From positions 1 through 64,000 of IMG/VR virus record IMGVR_UViG_3300030098_004604: 64,000 nt of DNA; one strand, 5' to 3'. A program made the translations under genes and the position numbers. Below the pieces are notes generated by a model, which searched no databases, had not been told where the DNA came from, and saw only the letters and a program-made list of their open reading frames with translations. The stretch comes from an uncultured virus (IMG/VR IMGVR_UViG_3300030098_004604) (Duplodnaviria; Heunggongvirae; Uroviricota; Caudoviricetes). Positions 59,639 through 64,000 of this stretch are shown here, piece by piece (positions within the stretch are counted from its first letter, which is position 1; every line of letters begins with the position of its first letter).

Positions 59639-59666
59639 GCCGCTGGCACACCGGTTAAAGTGTGCC
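59639..59666 (+). promoter_or_regulatory. Putative H-type RNA pseudoknot, copy 2
   Basis: GCCG-CT-GGCACAC-CGGT-taaa-GTGTGCC, just upstream of the recA SD. Confidence 0.55.
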
Positions 59667-59688
59667 GCACTTATTTTAAGGAGAATAA

Positions 59689-60849
59689 ATGGCTAGAAAA
59701 GCTAAGCAGGATAAACAAACTAAAGCCGGTCGAGTGTCAATGCAAGATTTAATGAAGCTTGTAAACAAAAAAGCAGGTAGAAACGTTGCTCACGATCTGA
59801 CGGGTGACAATCCTACTGAAGTCAAAGAATGGATTCCAACCGGCTCTCGCTGGCTTGACTCCATCATATGTAAGGGACAAGTCTCTGGCATTCCAGTCGG
59901 CAAGGTCACCGAGATCGCCGGCTTGGAATCCACAGGCAAATCTTACATGGCCGCACAAGTGGCCGCAAATGCACAGAAACAAGGGAAGATGGTGGTATAT
60001 TTCGATTCGGAGTCTGCCATTGACCCTGCGTTTTTGGAGCGTTCTGGATGCGATTTAGAGCGCTTAATGTACATTCAAGCATCCTCTGTCGAGTTCGTAT
60101 TGGAAACGATTGAGGAACTTTTGGGAGCGACGGATGAACAACTATTGTTTGTTTGGGACTCTCTGGCTTTCACGCCGTCCGTGTCTGACGTAGAAGGAGA
60201 CTTCAACCCACAGTCATCGATGGCGATGAAGGCACGCATTCTCGCCAAGGGAATGTCCAAGCTGGTTATCCCGATTGCGGATAAGAAAGCCACATTGTTG
60301 GTTCTCAATCAGCTTAAAACAAATATTCCTCAAGGACCAAATGCACGAATTGTTGCGATGACAACTCCTTATATCACCCCGGGTGGCAAGGCCATGCACT
60401 ATTCGTACTCTTTGCGCATTTGGCTGACTGGTCGCAAGGCAAAGTCAGCATTCATTGAGGATGAAAAGGGATTCCGAATTGGTTCCGAAGTGAAGTGCAG
60501 GCTTGAGAAGTCTCGCTTTGGAACCCAAGGAAGATCTTGCGCTTTCAGAATCTTATGGGGCACCGAAGAAATTGGTATCCGAGATGAAGAAAGTTGGTTT
60601 GACGCTATTAAGGGATCTGACTGTCTCACGTCGGCTGGTGCATGGTATACGTTAACTATGCCAGATGGATACACGAAGAAATTTCAACCCTCCAAGTGGA
60701 CTGAATTAATTACAACTGATATTGAATTTAAAGAGCAGGTCGTGCGTCTAATGGATGAGGAGATTATTCAGAAATTCCAACGTCGAGAAGGAGATGCTGA
60801 AGCATTTTATTCTGATCCGGAAGATCTGACTGTTCCTTTAAAAGAATAA
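59689..60849 (+). CDS. recA: RecA/UvsX recombinase
   Basis: IPTGS..LD, EIAGLESTGKS, FDSE, VWDS, LNQL, TPGGKA. Confidence 0.93.
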   Translation: MARKAKQDKQTKAGRVSMQDLMKLVNKKAGRNVAHDLTGDNPTEVKEWIPTGSRWLDSIICKGQVSGIPVGKVTEIAGLESTGKSYMAAQVAANAQKQGKMVVYFDSESAIDPAFLERSGCDLERLMYIQASSVEFVLETIEELLGATDEQLLFVWDSLAFTPSVSDVEGDFNPQSSMAMKARILAKGMSKLVIPIADKKATLLVLNQLKTNIPQGPNARIVAMTTPYITPGGKAMHYSYSLRIWLTGRKAKSAFIEDEKGFRIGSEVKCRLEKSRFGTQGRSCAFRILWGTEEIGIRDEESWFDAIKGSDCLTSAGAWYTLTMPDGYTKKFQPSKWTELITTDIEFKEQVVRLMDEEIIQKFQRREGDAEAFYSDPEDLTVPLKE

Positions 60850-60867
60850 CAACAGGAGAAATTAGTC

Positions 60868-61131
60868 ATGACAAGTTTATTCACCTTACTGATGGTGGCA
60901 ATGGTAGGCACCGCAGATGCGGGCCCACATCACCATCATCAGAAGCCGCATGTTAAGCATCACGCTGCAGCGCACCATTCACACGTTCACAAACCTAAGC
61001 ACGTGCGCGCTTATCGCCATGCTGGGTACAAATACTATCGCCACGCTAACGTAGTGTGGAGATGGGTGCCGGGTCACTGGCTTGGCGTACGCTGGGTAAG
61101 AGGACACTGGGAATTTAGTTACAGAATCTGA
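60868..61131 (+). CDS. Small secreted His-rich protein with WxxGHW repeats
   Basis: Signal peptide ending ADA, His-rich stretch, WVPGHW and WVRGHW. Confidence 0.65.
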   Translation: MTSLFTLLMVAMVGTADAGPHHHHQKPHVKHHAAAHHSHVHKPKHVRAYRHAGYKYYRHANVVWRWVPGHWLGVRWVRGHWEFSYRI

Positions 61132-61140
61132 AAATAGTTG

Positions 61141-61191
61141 TTGACTTTGACCTCCTGATCGGCTATACTAATAATCGATCAGGAGGTTTTT
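61141..61191 (+). promoter_or_regulatory. Sigma70 promoter embedded in an SD-sequestering/terminator hairpin
   Basis: TTGACT-17 nt-TATACT; 12-bp perfect inverted repeat 61150-61161/61176-61187 covering AGGAGG, then T run. Confidence 0.75.
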
Positions 61192-61192
61192 G

Positions 61193-61654
61193 TTGAACAT
61201 ATTCGTATTACATAAGGATCCTGCTATCGCTGCTACTATGGCATGTGATAAGCATGTGGTCAAGATGATTTTGGAGACAGCACAGATGTTGTGTACTGCA
61301 GCACGCGCGCTGGGTTCCGACGCGCCATATGGTGCTACACATAAAAAGCACCCATGCACTATTTGGGCAGGTGCTTCGCAAGGTAATTGGGATTGGCTCA
61401 TTGCACACGGTATAGCACTGTGTGCAGAGTATACCAAACGCTATGGCAAGGTGCATAAAAGTCAGGCAGTTATTGAGCATTGCGCAAAGCTATCATTAGA
61501 CTTTCCAAGCACGCAGCAGACGCCCTTCGCGCAGGCAATGCCACCACAATACAAAAATGAGTGTGTGGTCACTGCTTATCGCGCGTATTACCATGGAGAG
61601 AAAGCACGTTTTGCCACGTGGAAAACTAAACAGCCAGACTGGTGGAGAGGATAA
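61193..61654 (+). CDS. Pyrimidine dimer DNA glycosylase (DenV-like) family protein
   Basis: NIFVL..DP..AA...CDKHVVKMILETAQML, HPCTIW, EY..RYGK.H. Confidence 0.75.
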   Translation: MNIFVLHKDPAIAATMACDKHVVKMILETAQMLCTAARALGSDAPYGATHKKHPCTIWAGASQGNWDWLIAHGIALCAEYTKRYGKVHKSQAVIEHCAKLSLDFPSTQQTPFAQAMPPQYKNECVVTAYRAYYHGEKARFATWKTKQPDWWRG

Positions 61655-61657
61655 AAA

Positions 61658-62626
61658 ATGAAAAGAGTATTAATTTTTGATGCACTGAATGCATATTTGA
61701 GGGCCTACATCGTAGACCCGTCGCTGTCGTCCAACGGACAACCTATCGGAGGAATCAAGGGTTTCATCAAGATCCTCCAGAAGCACGTTAGGGAAGCCAA
61801 CCCTGATGAGATTGTAGTTTGTTGGGACGGCCCTAACGGCTCAGCCAAACGTAAGATTATGGACAAGGGCTATAAGGAAGGTCGAAAGCCATTGCGACTT
61901 AACCGAGCGTTCCATAACCTTTCAGAACTTGAAGAGTCAGAAAACAAGGTGTGGCAACAGGGTCGCATTATGGAATATCTCAATCAGATGCCCATTGTGC
62001 AGACTATCATTCCAGAGATTGAAGCTGACGATGTGATCGCTTATCTCACCCAGATGGAGTATTACAAGGGCTGGCAGAAGATTATTGTCTCTAATGACAA
62101 GGATTTCATGCAATTGTGCGATGATGAGACTGTTCTTTATCGCCCGACCAAGAAGGAGATCTTAAACAAACAGAGGATCGTAGAACAGACCGGCGTGCAT
62201 CCGACGAATATGGCGCTAGCACGTGCTATAATTGGAGATGCTTCAGATAACCTGCCGGGAATCAGAGGTGCGGGCTTTGCTACGGTTGCAAAAAGACTCA
62301 ATTTTTTGTCCGCCGAAAAAACCTATACAATCCAAGAAGTTATAGATTTCTGCGAGAAGACAAACAGCAAATTAAAGTTCTTTTCCAACATTGTTGAGGG
62401 AAAGGAAATCGTCGAACATAATTATAAAATGATGCAGTTGTACGCACCCCAGATGTCAATTCAATCTAAGATGGTTGTAAAAAACGCGATAGAGAACTTT
62501 GAATGTACCTTTAATAAAACTGAGATCATTCGTATGATGAGAGAAGATGGATTCGGAGAGTTAAACTGGGAAGACTTGCGCACTAATTTGAATCGAATTA
62601 CCTATAGCTGCACACAAGAGACTTGA
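61658..62626 (+). CDS. 5'-3' exonuclease/flap endonuclease (T4 RNase H-like)
   Basis: FDALN, WDG, YKEGR, EADDVIA, SNDKDFMQL, GDASDNLPGIRGAG. Confidence 0.92.
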   Translation: MKRVLIFDALNAYLRAYIVDPSLSSNGQPIGGIKGFIKILQKHVREANPDEIVVCWDGPNGSAKRKIMDKGYKEGRKPLRLNRAFHNLSELEESENKVWQQGRIMEYLNQMPIVQTIIPEIEADDVIAYLTQMEYYKGWQKIIVSNDKDFMQLCDDETVLYRPTKKEILNKQRIVEQTGVHPTNMALARAIIGDASDNLPGIRGAGFATVAKRLNFLSAEKTYTIQEVIDFCEKTNSKLKFFSNIVEGKEIVEHNYKMMQLYAPQMSIQSKMVVKNAIENFECTFNKTEIIRMMREDGFGELNWEDLRTNLNRITYSCTQET

Positions 62627-62650
62627 CATTCTGTATATGGATGTTATAAT
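62623..62650 (+). promoter_or_regulatory. Sigma70 promoter for helicase
   Basis: TTGACA-16 nt-TATAAT with extended TG. Confidence 0.75.
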
Positions 62651-62673
62651 ATAAACACACGAGAGGGGCAAAT

Positions 62674-64000
62674 ATGTTAGCAACGGCGGAGAGCGTCAAT
62701 TTTAGTAGATACGGAAAAGCATTTCAAGAGGGATTGGTACAGCTGATCTTTGAGGATCGGCCTTTTGCCGACCAGATCACTGAAGTGTTGGACATTAATT
62801 TCTTAGACTTACAATACCTACGGGTGTTTGTTCACAAGATTGTAACGTATCGGGCAAAGTATAATAAGCATCCGTCTGTTGAAGCCATGATGACGATTGT
62901 CCAGACGGACATCGGTCACGAAGACGAAGTAGTTCAGAAGCAGCTTCGCGAATACTTCCATCGGATTCACAATCGAGAACTAAATGACATTGAATATATC
63001 AAGGAACAATCGCTAGACTTCTGCAGAAAGCAAAAGTTGAAAGAGGCTATGCTGAAGTCAGTCGGGCTGCTGCAGAATTGCTCCTTTGATGAGATCTCCA
63101 GTGTTATTAATGAAGCCCTCAAACTTGGGTCTGAGAACAACTTTGGTTATGATTACCTCGCAGATTTTGAAGAGAGGTTTCTCCCCAAGCATCGACACCC
63201 TGTTAGCACTGGCTGGTCAGACATTGATAAGATTAGTGGCGGCGGATTGGGTAAGAGCGAACTTGGTGTTGTCATAGCCCCCACGGGAGCCGGCAAGTCA
63301 ATGGTGCTTGTACACCTTGGCACCGAAGCCTTGAGGGAGGGTAAGACAGTTGTCCACTATACACTGGAGCTACAGGATACGGTCATTGCAAATCGTTATG
63401 ATTCCTGTTTGACAGGCTATCCTCTGTCTGACATTATTAATTTTAAAGACGAAGTGTACGAGGAGGTCAAGAACCTCGATGGCTCTCTAATTATTAAAGA
63501 ATACCCAACCAAGTCTGCGTCGACGAATACAATTCGTTCGCACCTTGCGCGCCTCGTGAAGAGGGGGATAAAGCCCGGTACGATCATCGTAGACTATGGA
63601 GATCTCTTGCGTCCGGTTACAGTTAGGAAAGAGAAAAGGAACGAACTTGAATCGATTTATGAAGAGTTGCGTGCTATTTCAACCGAGTTTCAGTGTCCTG
63701 TTTGGACTGCTTCGCAAACCAACCGCTCTGGACTCAACGCAGAGGTCATCACAATGGAGCAGATTTCCGAAGCATTCAACAAGTGCTTTGTGGCTGACTT
63801 TATTTTCTCAGTCTCGCGAACTATCGAAGATAAGCAGAAGAATCTAGGAAAGATCTTCATCGCTAAGAACAGAAATGGGCCAGATGGCATTGTTTACCCC
63901 ATTCATATGGACACATCAAATGTCAACATTAAGATATTGCCACCGAACAATCCCCATATGCAAAACGGCAAGGTTCCCCTCAATCCGGTAACCTTAGATG
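62674..64000 (+). CDS. Replicative DnaB/gp41-like helicase (3'-truncated)
   Basis: Manual translation from ATG 62674: STGW..ID, APTGAGKS Walker A, YTLEL, IIVDYGD, WTASQTNR, AKNRNG; no stop before the window end. Confidence 0.92.
   Translation, partial: MLATAESVNFSRYGKAFQEGLVQLIFEDRPFADQITEVLDINFLDLQYLRVFVHKIVTYRAKYNKHPSVEAMMTIVQTDIGHEDEVVQKQLREYFHRIHNRELNDIEYIKEQSLDFCRKQKLKEAMLKSVGLLQNCSFDEISSVINEALKLGSENNFGYDYLADFEERFLPKHRHPVSTGWSDIDKISGGGLGKSELGVVIAPTGAGKSMVLVHLGTEALREGKTVVHYTLELQDTVIANRYDSCLTGYPLSDIINFKDEVYEEVKNLDGSLIIKEYPTKSASTNTIRSHLARLVKRGIKPGTIIVDYGDLLRPVTVRKEKRNELESIYEELRAISTEFQCPVWTASQTNRSGLNAEVITMEQISEAFNKCFVADFIFSVSRTIEDKQKNLGKIFIAKNRNGPDGIVYPIHMDTSNVNIKILPPNNPHMQNGKVPLNPVTLD

Noticed and set aside
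1..64000. Minus-strand and nested alternative-frame ORFs in the track
   Set aside because: They overlap well-supported + strand genes, lack SDs and motifs, and look like antisense shadows
1..64000. Genome-wide UGA reassignment (code 4/25) as the explanation for the 17183 UGA
   Set aside because: Many genes end in TGA with ATGA coupling (12225, 14902, 16237, 19283, 56868) and conserved genes have no internal TGA
1..64000. tRNA or rRNA genes
   Set aside because: No cloverleaf or T-loop signature found by eye in the short intergenic regions; a tRNAscan-SE/Aragorn run would be decisive

Overview
A 64-kb segment of a large T4-like myovirus (Caudoviricetes) genome. All credible genes are on the + strand. 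Order: baseplate/virion genes; RuvC-like resolvase, fatty-acid hydroxylase, primase; a fused SbcD-SbcC (Mre11-Rad50) nuclease broken only by an assembly gap; an FtsZ/tubulin; an array of small proteins sharing an N-terminal 'MKITKSQLKQIIKEE' leader; a holin/spanin-like trio; terminase, portal, prohead protease; ribosomal protein bS21; four fibre-like paralogues and a stand-alone Smr nuclease; scaffold and major capsid protein; neck, sheath, tube, tail chaperone, tape measure, baseplate; then a replication block (exonuclease-less family A polymerase, a second degenerate tubulin, SSB, ParB-like, RecA, DenV-like glycosylase, 5'-3' exonuclease, helicase). Replication genes have sigma70-consensus promoters and structural genes share an RCTAWTTAW motif. 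Main novelty candidates: (1) an in-frame UGA followed by a SECIS-like hairpin in a probable head protein (candidate phage selenoprotein or programmed readthrough); (2) a modular set of capsid-addressing peptides fused to variable cargoes; (3) two covarying H-type pseudoknots around the ssb/recA genes; (4) two tubulin homologues; (5) a +1/-2 frameshift in the tail chaperone. All calls come from motif recognition by eye; no database searches were run.
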